Positions 22,896 through 34,785 of a DNA stretch of 64,000 bases are shown piece after piece. Positions within the stretch are counted from its first letter, which is position 1, and each line of letters starts with the position of its first letter. The stretch spans positions 63,676,001-63,740,000 of the forward strand of contig CM059432.1 of assembly GCA_030390025.1 (NCBI GenBank). Direction: 5' to 3'. Both the position numbers and the translations under genes were made by a program. The notes beneath the pieces are model-generated. The model saw nothing but the letters and a program-made list of their open reading frames with translations, was not told where the DNA came from and did not search any database. The stretch is from Squalus acanthias (lineage: Eukaryota).

Positions 22896-24047
22896 ATGGG
22901 GGCTGCACTGATGGGGGGCGTCATCCTGCGCCAGCTGAATCGGAGGAGACAGAGACGCAGAGAGAGAGTGGCAATGATGGCCAGACGGAGGAGGGCCAAC
23001 AGGCGTCTGTACAGGAGAGCTTACCCTCCCAGGGTATATCGTGAACAGCTCTCCTACATTCATATGTCTGATGAGCAGTGTCTGCGAAGGCTGCGCTTCA
23101 GCAAGGAGGTGGTCACTGAGCTCTGCCACCTGCTGCAGCCAGATCTGCAGCCTCAACTGAGGTCCAGGACGTCTCTGTCGGTGGCAGTGAAGGTCACAGT
23201 GGCTCTGAACTTTTATGCTACTGGCTCATTTCAATCTGCTGTTGGGGACATCGCCAATATCTCCCAGTTCGCGGTGCATTGCTGCATCAGGAAGGTCACA
23301 AATGCCCTCTTTAAAAGGAAACGAGAGTTCATCTCTTTCCCCATGACCCCAGACAAGCAGCAAGAACGCGCTCTGGGCTTTACGAGGATAGAGGGCTTCC
23401 CCATGGTGCAGGGCGCCATTGACTGCATGCATGTGGCTTTGCGTGCTCCGCATGAGAATGCCGAGGGTTTCCGGAACAGAAAGGGGTTCCATTCCTTGAA
23501 TGTTCAGTTGGTCTGTGACCACAGACAGCTGATACTCGCTGTCAATGCCCACTATCCTGGCAGCTGCCACGATGCTTTCATCCTGCGCCAGACTACTGTG
23601 GCAGAACTTTTCGAGGCACCGCATCAGCCAGTTGGTTGGCTTCTCGGGGACAAGGGGTATCCACTGAGCACCTGGCTGATGACACCGCTCCGTACGCCCA
23701 ACACCCCTGCTGAGCTGCGGTACAACGAGAGCCATCAAGCTACCAGGAACATCGTGGAGCACACAATCGGCGTGCTCAAGCAACGGTTCCGCTGTCTCGA
23801 CCATTCTGGAGGAGCCCTGCAGTACTCGCCTGAGCGAGTTTCCAACATCGTAGTTGTGTGCTGCATGCTGCATAACATGGCAATCCTCAGGACCCAGCCA
23901 ATGCCACCAGGCCTTGGAGCACCACCAGAGGAGGAGGAGGAAGAGGAGGAGGAGGATGATCAGCAGCAGCACCAAGACGTGAGGGCGGCCCACAATGGTG
24001 AAACTGCAAGGGCCGTCCGTCAGCGGCTGATAGCAAGCCGCTTCTAG
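22896..24047 (+). CDS. Harbinger (HARBI1-like, DDE_Tnp_4-type) transposase, 383 aa, uninterrupted
   Basis: ATG at 22896; HTH region LRRLRFSKEVVTELC; catalytic motifs GAIDCMH, NRKGFHSLNVQLVCD, PGSCHDAFIL, LLGDKGYP, RNIVEHTIGVLKQRF; inside TIRs, so not the domesticated HARBI1 gene. Confidence 0.92.
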   Translation: MGAALMGGVILRQLNRRRQRRRERVAMMARRRRANRRLYRRAYPPRVYREQLSYIHMSDEQCLRRLRFSKEVVTELCHLLQPDLQPQLRSRTSLSVAVKVTVALNFYATGSFQSAVGDIANISQFAVHCCIRKVTNALFKRKREFISFPMTPDKQQERALGFTRIEGFPMVQGAIDCMHVALRAPHENAEGFRNRKGFHSLNVQLVCDHRQLILAVNAHYPGSCHDAFILRQTTVAELFEAPHQPVGWLLGDKGYPLSTWLMTPLRTPNTPAELRYNESHQATRNIVEHTIGVLKQRFRCLDHSGGALQYSPERVSNIVVVCCMLHNMAILRTQPMPPGLGAPPEEEEEEEEEDDQQQHQDVRAAHNGETARAVRQRLIASRF

Positions 24048-24358
24048 GCCCCTGCTGTGGAAATGGCTTCTGCCATTGAGAACAGCATGAATGAACCCAA
24101 CACGCAACCCCTAAGCCGGCCAAGGCACCAATGATTCCAAACACCAAACATGTATATTTTGAGTACCAAAACTTATTTATTTTACAAACTCTGTGTGTGT
24201 CATTTCTTCATGACAAACTCATACAAATAAACACAAAAAAACAGTCATTACCATAACTGGTTCTCACAACCTGGAGATCATGTGCAAAACACTCAACAAA
24301 AGTTTGACCACGAACCTCGGCCTTTGATAAAAAAATGACCAGCATTTTGTCACACCTC

Positions 24359-25327
24359 CTACATCGAGGGTGAACTCCTTCCCGTGCGCCCTTCCCCCCT
24401 GCTTACCCTACTGCTCCTCCGCAATGGGACCTCAGTGGCTGCAGCAAGGCTGGTGGAAGGCTGCTGACTGTCAGGCCCTGACAATGCAGATGCCCTTGAG
24501 GGACGGCCTCGACCAGTTCTGGGCCTGGAGGGCCCGGCTGCAGACTGCACCAACTCTGCATGGGCGGCAGCAGTCTGTCCTATAGGCGGTGGCAACTGCA
24601 GTGGAGAAGTGACAGTGGTGGCAGCAGGAATGCTGTCATCTTGAGCGAGGACAGCAACTCCCTGCTCGACCGGCACACTGGCACTCCCACGGGGCAGCAC
24701 CTCAGCATCCGGAGCAATCTGCTGGAGCACAGATTGCTGGCCTGCTGCGGCGCGGTGAGAGCCCCGGGGAAATGTGAACGAACCAGCGAGGATGGCAGCA
24801 GACAGTGCTCGCGTGACCTCAATCTAAGTCTGCATGAGAGCAGTCTGAGATTGAATTGCAGCACTGAGCTTCAGTGTCGCATCCGCCTGCGCTGCAGCGA
24901 AGTGCTCCACACTCCTTGCCAGTGCTTCAATGCATTCGGGCACCCTACCCACTGCAGCCATGAGCTCAGTGTGCATGCCCACCGCCTGGGTGTTCATTTC
25001 CGCGATCAGCCACTCCTCCTCTGCGTCCAGTGCAGCAGGACTCGCTGGCATACTCTCCCTCCGGGGAGAAGGCCCCCGAGCTTCCCTACCCCCATCGCGT
25101 TGCTGCAGCCCGCTGGGTCCTGGAGCTTCACCCTCATCAGACCCTTCCCCCCTGCTCCCCTCCAGGGAAGGCATGTTCCCAGTGTCGGCATGGGCTTCCT
25201 CGGGAGAGGGTGGCACTGATGCTCCGGCTTCCTCTTCCTCCTCGGCTGCAGCTTCACTCCCATTGGCAGCTACAGGGCCCGTCTCCTCAGCTGGTGAATC
25301 ACCATCTCGTTCTCTCACCCTCTCCAT
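24359..25327 (-). pseudogene. Harbinger accessory gene lacking its Myb/SANT domain, one in-frame TAG
   Basis: ORFs 24824-25327 and 24359-24730 share a frame separated only by TAG at 24824-24826; C-terminus (AVLAQDDSI...AAGPSRPR...QQPSTS...LRRS) matches exon 3 of the gene at 33527-34618. Confidence 0.8.
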
Positions 25328-25734
25328 CCTTGGCTGGAAAATGGATTCACAGGTCTCTCCAGGCCGAGATTCAAGGCTGCAATGAGCAGGGTGTGGCTGG
25401 GGAGCAAGATCGCCCCCCCCCTTTAAGAACTGGCCGGCGCCAATGTGTCTGTGTTCCCTCGCTAACTGGCAGCACCTGCGCTGCGCTCGCGCTCTGAGTT
25501 AGCGCCTCACTCCTCGGCCTTTGCGCCTTAAGACAGGTGTGCAGCGCCTGATTTAGCGCTCCAATCACCTCCCGGGGCGTTAAAAGTGAAGTTTCCAGTC
25601 AGTGGCGATAAGTAGCGCCAGGCGCTAATTTTTGCGCCCGGACAATATTTGCGCCCCAAATGGGGCGCAACTGAATTTTTCCCCCCATATCTTTTGAAGG
25701 AAAAGTACCAACACATCACTTATTTTACAAATGT

Positions 25735-28700
25735 TTTTTTTATTTGTTTTTATGGTATGTGGGCTTCGCTGGCAAGGCCAGCATTTATTGCCCATCCCTA
25801 GTTGCTCTTGAGAAGGTGGTGGTGAGCCGTCTTCTTGAACCACTGCAGTCCGTGCGATGAAGGTACTCCCACAGTGCTGTTAGGGAGCGAGTTCCAGGAT
25901 TTTGACCCAGCGACGATGAAGGATCGGTGATATACTTCTTAGTCAGGATGGTGTGTGACTTGGAGGGGAACTTGGAGGTGGTGGTGTTCCCATGCGCCTG
26001 CTGCCCTTGTCCTTCTAGGTGATAGAAGTCGCGGGTTTGGGAGGTGCTGCTGAAGAAGCCTTGGCGAGTTGCTGCAGTGCATCTTGTAGATGGTACACAC
26101 TGCAGTCACGGTACGCCAGTGGTGGAGGGAGTGAATGTTTAAGGTGGTGGATGGGGTGCCAATCAAGCGGGCTGCTTTGTCCTCGATGGTGTCGAGCTTC
26201 TTGAGTGTTGTTGGAGCTGCACTCATGCAGGCAAGTGGAGAGTATTCCATCACACTCCTTACTTGTGCTTGTAGATGGTGGAAAGGCTTTGGGGAGTCAG
26301 GAGGTGAGACACTCGCCGCAGAATACCCAGCCTCTGACCTGCTCTTGTTGCCACAGTATTTATGTGGCTGGTCCAGTTAACTTTCTTCTCAATGGTGACC
26401 CCCAGGATGTTGATAGTGGGTCATTCGGTGATGGTAATGCCGTTGAATGTCAAGGGGAGGTGGTTAGACTATCGCTTCTTGGAGATAATCATTTCCTGGC
26501 ACTTCTGTGGCATGAATGTTACCTGCCACTTATCAGCCCAAGCCTGAACGTCATCCAGGTCTTGTTGCATGCGGGCATGGACTGCTTCATTATCTCAGGA
26601 GTTGTGAATGGCACTGAACACTGTGCAGTCATCAGCAAACATCCCCATTTCTGACATTATGTTGGAGGGAAGGTCATTGATGAAGCAGCTGAAGATGGTT
26701 GGGCCTAGGACACTGCCCTGAGGAACTCCTGCAGCGATGTCCTGGGGCTGTGATGATTGACCTCCAACCAGCACAACCATCTTCCTTTGTGCTCGGTATG
26801 ACTCCAGCCAGTGGAGCGTTTTCCCCCCGATTCCCATTGACTTCAGTTTTGCTGGGGCTCCTTGATGCCACACTCGGTCAAATGCTGCCTTGATGTCAAG
26901 GACAGTCACTCTCACCTCACATCTGGAATTCAGCTCCTTTGTCCATGTTTGGACCAAGGCTGTAATGAGTTCGGGAGCCGAGTGGTCTTGGCGGAACTCA
27001 CACTGGGCATCAGTGAGCAGGTTATTGGTGAGTAAGTGCCGCTTGATAGCACTGTCGATGACACCTTCCATCAGTTTGCTGATGATTGAGAGTAGACTGA
27101 TGGGGCAGTAATTGGCCAGGTTGGATTTGTCCTGCTTTTTGTGGACAGGACATACCTGGGCAGTTTTCCACATTGTTGGATAGATGCCAGTGTTGTAGCT
27201 GTACTGGAACAGCTTGGCTAGCGGAGCGGCTAGTTCTGGAGCACAAGTCTTCAGCGTGATAGCCAGGATGTTGTCGGGGCCCATAGCCTTTGCTGTATCC
27301 AGTGTGCTCAGCCATTTCTTGATATCACGTGGAGTGAATCAAACTGGCTGAAGACTGGCTTCTGTGATGGTGGGGACCTGGGGAGTAGGCCGATAAGGAT
27401 CATCCACTTGGCACTTCTGGCTGAAGATGGTTGTAAACGCTTCAGCCTTGTCTTTTGCACTCACGTGCTAGGCTCCACTATCATTGAGGATGGGGACATT
27501 CGTGGAGCCTCCTCCTTCCGTTAGTTGTTTAACGGTCCACCACCATTCACGACTGGATGTGGCAGGACTGCAGGGCTTTGATCTGATCCGTTAATTGCGG
27601 GATCGCTTAGCCCTGTCTATAGCATGCTGCTTCCGCTTTTTAGCATGCATGTAGTCCTGTGTTGCAGCTTCCCCAGATTGGCACCTCATTTTTAGGTACG
27701 GCTGGTGCTGCTCCTGGCATGCTCTTCTACACTCCTTATTGAACCAGTGTTGGTCCCCTGGCTTGATGGTAATGGTAGAGTGAGGTATATGCCAGGCCAT
27801 GAGGTTACAGATTGTGGTGGAATACAATTCTGCTGCTGCCCCACAGCGCCTCATAGATGCCCAGTTTTGAGCTGCTAGATCTGTTCTGAATCTATCCCAT
27901 TTAGCACGGTGGTAGTGCCACACAACACGATGGAGGGTGTCCTTAGTGTGAAGACGGGACTTCGTCTCCACAATGGCTGTGCGGTGGTCACTGCTACCAA
28001 TACTGTCATGGACAGATGCAATTGGTGAGGACGAGGGCAAATAGGTTTTTCCCTCGTGTTGGTTCTCTCACCACCTGTCGCAGGCCCAGACTAGCAGTTA
28101 TGTCCTTCAGGACTCGGCCAGTAGTGGTGCTACTGAGCCACTCTTGGTGATGGACATTGAAGTCCCCCACCCAGAGTACATTCTGTACCATTGCTTCTTC
28201 CAAGTGGTTTTCAACATGGAGGAGTACTGATTCATCAGCTGAAGGAGGGCGGTAGGTGGTAATCAGCAGGAGGTTTCCTTGCCCATGCTTGATCTGAAGC
28301 CATGAGACCCGAGTCAATGTTGAGGACTCCCAGGGCCACTCCTTCTTGACTGTATACCACTGTACCGCCACCCCTGGTGGGATGGTGATGGAGGTGTTTG
28401 GGATGTTGGCTGAAAGGTATGATTCTGTGAGTATGACTATGTCAGGCTGTTGCTTGACTAGTCTGTGGGACAGCTCTCCCAATTTTGGCACACATCCCCC
28501 GGTTGGTGAAAGAGGACCTTGCAGGGTTGATTGGACTGTTGCTGTGTTCGTAGCTGGTGCCGAGTTGTCTGTACAGTTTTTATTCTTAAAATTGTGTTTC
28601 GTAGCTGTTTGTTATAACTAGGCCATTTCAGAGGGCAGTTAAGAGTCAACCACATGGCTGTAGGTCTGGAGTCACATGTAGGCCAGACAAGGACAGCAGA

Positions 28701-29015
28701 TTTCCTTCCCTAAAGGACATTAGTGAACCTCTCTCCCCTTTCTCCACAGATGCTGCCTGGCCTGCTGAGTATTTCCAACATTTTCTGTTTTTATTTCAGA
28801 TTTCCAGCTTCCGCAGCATTTTGTTTTTGTATTAGTGAACCAGATGGGTTTTTAACGTCAATCCGATAGTTTCCCTGATACTAGTAATTATTCCAGATTT
28901 ATTTAACTGAATTTAAATTTCCCAGCTGCTGTGGTGGGATTTGAACTCACATCTCTGGATCATTAGTCCAGGCCTCTGGATTACTCGCCCAGTAACAATT
29001 ACGCTACTGTTCCCC
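25735..29015 (-). mobile_element. Near full-length ~3.3-kb tRNA-headed LINE (APE + RT, decayed), same family as 1160-5427
   Basis: B box GTTCAAATCC at about 28937-28946 (minus); APE PKLGELSHRLVKQQPDIVILTESYL, YRPPS, GDFNVHH, SDH; RT DIKAAFDRVWH, GVPQGSVLGP, FADD; A-rich tail near 25735. Confidence 0.88.
28730..28830 (+). mobile_element. Short Penelope terminal fragment inserted in the LINE 5' region
   Basis: CTCCACAGATGCTGCCTGGCCTGCTGAGTATTTCC... flanked by 11-bp direct repeat ATTAGTGAACC (28719-28729, 28831-28841). Confidence 0.75.
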
Positions 29016-29659
29016 TGTTCTTTTAACCAAGCAGTCTCTTGCCCTCAAAGCTTGTCGGTACATTTGGTCACTTTTAGATTCAGTCAAGTGGCAATTCAGT
29101 CAAGTTTACCATGACAGTGTTGCAGCAGGTATATGGATTTAGGTCACAGATCAGCCATGGTCTCATTGAACGGCAGAATAGGCTCGAGGGGCTAAATGAC
29201 CTACTCCTGTTCCTAACTAGATAATTGGAGTCAGTATCCCGCCCGAACCCGGTGGGAAGAGTTACGTGGCCAGTGAGTAGGAGCAGAATTTCGCTGTTGG
29301 CACCTGATCGAAGGACCGGGGCGGGGTGGGGGCGGTGATCAGACGGTCAGAGAGGGAGGGAAGTCCAGGGCAGGGTAGGTCCAAGGCTTCCCCGTGCAAG
29401 GCTCGGGTTAAGATTACAGTCAGGCCCGGATTACATAATTGGAGTCCAATATGCATATTTAAATCAGGACCTCACCACCTTCTGGCAAGTGTCTGCTCAA
29501 TAAAGAAGTTTAATATAGGGACCCCTGGGAAGGCAGAGCAATTGAAGGGGTCTCATGGGCATTTTAAATGCTCGCCCATCCAGTTTCTGCTGCGCAGAGT
29601 TGTTAAAAATCCCTCCCCTCCCCCACACTGTATGTTCCATCAACTCTGGCCATTCATAG

Positions 29660-30218
29660 TGTAAGACGTGCGGAATTAGCCCCTCGCCCCGCCCAACAGG
29701 TTATAGAGTTCGGAGTTGAGACTTATGAGAAATTACACCAGACACACGGGTTCTGTCTTTAACCTTTTATTGTTCCTAAGACAGATTCAAAACCCCAACC
29801 ACTATTCGAGCAGTTCACCAATAATATTACAGGAAATCATACATACAACCACCCGCTGATGATTGGTCCAGCGTTGATTGTAGGTCCTCATAAGTGAAAA
29901 GACTGGCCAGGCCCCTCCTTCCTCTGACTGCAGCCTGATCCTCGTAGGCGAGATGACTGGCCAAGCCACCTTCTCCCGACTGCAGTGCTGATATTCTTTA
30001 GCCACTGTGCTTTATACAGCTTTCCTCATCTTTTGCATTAAATCATTCATTCAAAAATAGTGAAATGTTCCTTCAATGTTGGTCTGAGCTGATTGAGCTG
30101 TCAAACATTTACATGAACTCATCCTGTGTGGCTTATCCTTATCACAGCCCAAAATTGTTCATTCACTCCTAAAGTTTACAAAAGTGCCAGAACACCACTT
30201 GATTAGGTTCATGAGTTA
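29660..30218 (-). mobile_element. Possible solo LTR
   Basis: Begins TGTAAG, ends GTTACG; minus-strand AATAAA near 29769 and TATAAA near 30013; short internal repeats; no clean TSD. Confidence 0.35.
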
Positions 30219-30286
30219 CGTCGTATTCTGCATTTCAAAACTTCAAAGGTTTGACTTCTCACCTCAGAAAGGTCACCAGAGACACC

Positions 30287-30939
30287 GGGCTGGATTTTGA
30301 TACTAGGGTGGATTGGGGTCGTCTTATCCACTTTTCGTGTTATCCACCCGACTGCAATTGGATGTGGGAGATTGATGCAATTTTCACCTAATTGGGCAAT
30401 TGAGTTCCAGCATGTGGGAACCCATGACCCAATTAGTGTTTTCAGTCTGAAAGTCGCCTCTGATGATGTCATCATTGCTGCTGCATTGAAGGTCTTCAAA
30501 GACTGCCTGGCCTTTGCTGTGAGAGGACCTGCAAAATGAGCAGCAGCAGTCCTAAGTCTGCTCCCAGATATTTTTACACCACCACTCCCAAATATATCTC
30601 CTCCACATAGCTATCCACATATCAGCCAGCCAGCCAGATGTGCTCCCGCCAGGTTTCACAATCGTGGTTCAGAACAGGCGTGCTTCATGTAGAACAAGGG
30701 TTAAAATCACAAAGGCCTTTCAAAATGGCATTATAGAGCCAATTTAGTGCTTGTTAAGGGCCTTAACAACCTATCCCACCTCTTAAAGGCGGGACGGAGT
30801 TGGGACCAGCAGACACGATTTAATGAAAATTGCGAGGAGGCGGGATGGAGGCGGACTTGTGCCCGCCCGCCAGTTTTCGCAATTTTAACCCCCCACACGC
30901 CTCCAAACCCACCTCCACGGGTCAATGAAAATCCAGCCC
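30287..30939. mobile_element. Non-autonomous Harbinger-type element (653 bp)
   Basis: Perfect 12-bp TIR GGGCTGGATTTT; TSD ACC (30284-30286, 30940-30942); subterminal similarity to 49878-52188. Confidence 0.85.
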
Positions 30940-31399
30940 ACCATGTCTACAATACTCAGGGGGTTTGTTTATCTCTATTGACTATCACTACCCCCTGCAG
31001 TCACAACCATGTTTCCTGCCTTATCAGTGAAAGACTGCTTGTTACATTTACCAACTTTATTTCACTTTGTTAAACCTTTTTACCTGGCAAAGCATTTCAA
31101 GAAATATTAAAAATTAAGGGTCTGTATATACTTTCTACAACAGCCATGTGGCAACCAATTTAAAATGGCTAGAGTTCTGGTAAGTTATAAATTCGCATAA
31201 GGCAAAATGAAAATATAGAAGGACTGATTCCCTGATGAGGAACGGCGTTCACAGGGAGTGCTGATTAGGAAATCTAAGGCCCGGAGTGCGCTGATTAATT
31301 TAAATGGCAATGAAAATCAAGATCTGCCATTCTGCAAAACCCCTGCGAACGTCACTCCTCGCCTGGAGCATCCGATGACAAAATAATGGACTTGCTGAG

Positions 31400-32356
31400 G
31401 CTGAACCAGGAGAATGCTTGTTGGACTATGGAGTTGCTAAGTAGTTCTGAGAAAGTTCTACAATTCTCAATTTAATTTTTTTTCTGCCACAGTCGTAGTT
31501 TCATGAATTTCTTGAAGTTGTGGTCACCAAACAAAAGAAAGTCAGTACCACTGAAGGACGGCCCATTGTTACTATTATTGACCAGTGGAACACTGATGGC
31601 TGAAAAGGTTTTGTTGAGCTTGGGTATGATGGCTTTAGCTGAAATTGTTACTGTTTCAACTTCTGGAAATCTCAAATAATCACCTATCACGACCACTGGG
31701 TGTTACAGAAGTGAATACTGGTTTCAATCCATGGGTTACATATCAATTCTGTTATTTATAGTGATACTCTGATATTGTGCGTCACTATTGTTGAGCAGGG
31801 TAGATTGTTGCTAATGCAATCTTCTACTGGGGAACCATTATTTGCCGTAAAGAAGTGCTTAGTTTTAATTATACTTTGGTGTTGCTCTTGGGCTAGAGCA
31901 ACAGTACAGCTGCACAACTTGTTTGGAATGAATATAACAGAAGTAGGTCACTCTTGTTAGCTAGTACGCTTGTGTTTAATGAGTATGCATGCTTTGCCTT
32001 CTTGAAGCATCCGTGGTATTTGTTTCAGTAACTGCTTCCACTATCGGTTCTTATCTGTTTTGATCAGTATCTGGAGCTCAACCAGCATCATAGGTTTGGA
32101 GCTGGATGTATGAGAATGACATTAAAGTGAGTTCCTGTGCAACGCTCTGCTGCCGATAGCTTTGTGAGATGCCTCTAGAGACATCCCACAAGGTTATTCT
32201 TTCATGACTTCAATGTCAGATTTCAAAGAGAGTTGCTAACTTTGTTGAAGATGTTAAAAAATGGTTCAATGGGTTTGCAGTTAGTCACCGTGGTAAAGTT
32301 TTGACTCTAAAGGTACAAATGGAAACATTGACATACCCAGATCATGGCAAGACTCA
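31400..32356 (-). pseudogene. Ty3/Gypsy pol remnant (integrase core and upstream pol)
   Basis: VVIGDYLRFPEVETV..SAKAIIPKLNKTF...NSNNGPSF resembles the rve motif D..SR.PE...SDNGP.F; heavily decayed. Confidence 0.65.
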
Positions 32357-32679
32357 GGACCTAGAATCTGGATATGACCCGAAAACGGGCGGTGTCGTGG
32401 CCCAGCACTATTTCGCTGCGCCGGGTCCAAGTGGTCTAGGTAGCCGCAAAATTCATGCTCAGTGCTCATTTACATGATTATAGTGCTGATCTCAGCACTA
32501 AAACTGCTGCTCATTGCCTTACTGCTCAACAGGTGGGCCAATATCGGGTGCAGTCTAATTGCAAGTCATGTTTGGCCTAGGCTTTATCCACTACTTAAAG
32601 GGGAGGTGCTTTGATGCAACAGCACCTCATTATCATTCCATTTGAAGTTCCATTTGGAAGCACAACTAACTAGGAAGAG

Positions 32680-34618
32680 ATGGCTGAGAGGTCGAAGAGG
32701 GAGAGAGCAACACACTTCTCAGATGCGATCTGGAGTCACTGGTGTTGGCCGTGGAGGCGAGGTAGACTGTCCTCTTCCCGCAAGCCGCAGGAAGCCATCG
32801 GCCCATATGTGCAGAGGGCTGTGGCATGAGATATCTGATTATGTGCCGGCCAACAGCGTGGTCCCCAGGTCCTCCATCCAATGCCACAAGAGGTTTAATG
32901 ACCTCACACGGTAGGTCAGGTCAAGGTGAGTGAAGGCTTCAGCAAATGCCATATCCCACCATCTGCACCACTAGCCTCACACACTGCTCAATGCACCACA
33001 CCCCCAGCACTCACCTATCAACAATCTCTAGCTATCACCTCTCACACCTCACAATCCTTGCTTCACTTCACCCTCACAACCTTACCACTGCTGCAACATT
33101 CACACCCACATCTCACACCCTGCACACACTGACAGCTATTCAACTATGGCAGGCACATCACCCAAACACATTGCATCACACTCACTGATACACTTCCCTT
33201 TCTCTTGCAGGCCGAGGTCGCTCACAACCGCCGGGAGCAGCAGCACACAGGCGGGGGGCAAGCTGCGATACAGGCCTTGAGCCAACTGGAGGAGAGAGTG
33301 CTTGAAATCATCGGAGGGGAAATCACTGAGGCCGTGGCAACGGGTGGAGTTGAAGCCCTTGGGGACAACAACGGTATGCTCATTGCTCATCCTTCTTCTC
33401 ACATCCCACTTCCCCCTCATCCCACAGTCGCTTCTCACTTACAAGCTGCTGATGCTGTAAGCATGCATATCTTGTTCGCACCCCACCCCTCACACCAACC
33501 CGATCCTTGCGCCTTTCTGCTTTCAGATAACCAGGAACAAGCATCTGCAGAGCCTGTCCCCAAGGTGATGCAGGAGAGCAAGGGGGGAGAAGAAAAAGAC
33601 CCAGCGTCTGTGTATCTGACACTCGCAGACACCAGCTCAGAAACTAACACGGCGCGTAATTTAGAGGGTAATGTCGATGCGGGATCTGCACAGGGTGAGG
33701 CACCGAGCATGAGTGGGCTGCAGCAAGGCCAGGGGGATAGGGTAGCTCAGGGGCCAGCTCCCTGGAGGGCGGGTTTGCGTGAGAGTTCTACTGCACAGGA
33801 CTCAGATGAGGACCTCGATGGGACAGTCTTCAGAAGAAGGGTGATGGGCATGCGTACTGAATTGCTAGGTGCAATGACAAGCCAGAGAGCCTCTTTGCAA
33901 TGTCAAGGAGCATGGAGGAGTCCGCCTCCAACATTGCACTGGGCTCTGTGCAGAGCTTGGAGCCCATGATTCCCAGGCTGGAAATCATGGAAAACTTCAG
34001 GAGAGACCGTGTCAACCCAGATATGATGCTGTGTGTGATGGGCGAGTCACGGCTGCCATTGCAGCACAGGCGGAAGCGACCTAAAATCTTAGTTCTGCAG
34101 TGGAAGCGCAAATCGCTGCCCTGCAGTCTCAGCTTGATGCCACCCAAGCTCAGACTCCTGCCATCGTGGCTGGGTTTACCAGTGTCGAACAGGGCTTGCA
34201 TGGTGTCGCAGCGGCCCAGCAATCTGTCCTCCAAAAGATTTCTAGGAATACTGAGGCGCCGCCCCAGGGGAGTGGCAGTGGGTCTGTGGAGCTGGACCCT
34301 GCTGTCCTCTCTCAGGATGACAGCATTCTTGTTCCCACCACCGCTACTCTGCCATTTCCCTTGTTGCTGTCTGTCAGCCAGCCAGCTCAGACTGCTGCTG
34401 CCCATGCCGAGGTGGTGCAGTCTACAGCTGGGCCTTCTAGGCCCAGAGCTGCTCGAGGCCATGCTGCACGGCCATCTGAAGTCTCCCCCACGGAAAGTCA
34501 GCAGCCTTCCACCAGCCATGCTGCAGCCACTGGGGGAGCACTGCGTAGGAGCACTAGGACAGGCAAAGGTACACGAAGGACAGGCACTAAGGATGATTCA
34601 TTGATACAGTATTTGTGA
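32680..34618 (+). pseudogene. Three-exon Myb/SANT-like (MSANTD-type) Harbinger accessory gene, frameshifted
   Basis: Exon 1 32680-32925 (MAERSKRERATHFSD...LWHEISDYVPANSVVPRSSIQCHKRFNDLTR; donor GTGAGT), exon 2 33211-33373 (AHNRREQQHTGGG...LEERVLEIIG; TTGCAG / GTATGC), exon 3 from 33527 (TTTCAG). Confidence 0.8.
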
Positions 34619-34785
34619 ATTGATTATTGATAAACTTCTTAATTTTGTTTGGTATCTTTGTTTTGTGGTGGCTCGCATTTCAGCTTTGTGCCCAAGAGGA
34701 CGCTGTGATATTCCGTGACAGAGGGATGGAATGATGGGAATGTGGTTGATGAGGATGTGGTGAACAACGGGAATCTAGGGTTTCA

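Larger units (their letters stand above)
22386..25685. mobile_element. Young PIF/Harbinger DNA transposon (3300 bp) with two convergent genes
   Basis: Perfect 18-bp TIR GGGGGAAAAATTCAGTTG; TSD CAT at 22383-22385 and 25686-25688; CpG-rich subterminal GCGCC repeats. Confidence 0.95.

Noticed and set aside
22896..24047. Calling this the host gene HARBI1
   Set aside because: It lies between perfect TIRs with a TSD and has decayed paralogues nearby, so it is a transposon copy
23226..24107. 293-aa antisense ORF
   Set aside because: Shadow of the GC-rich transposase frame; no motifs
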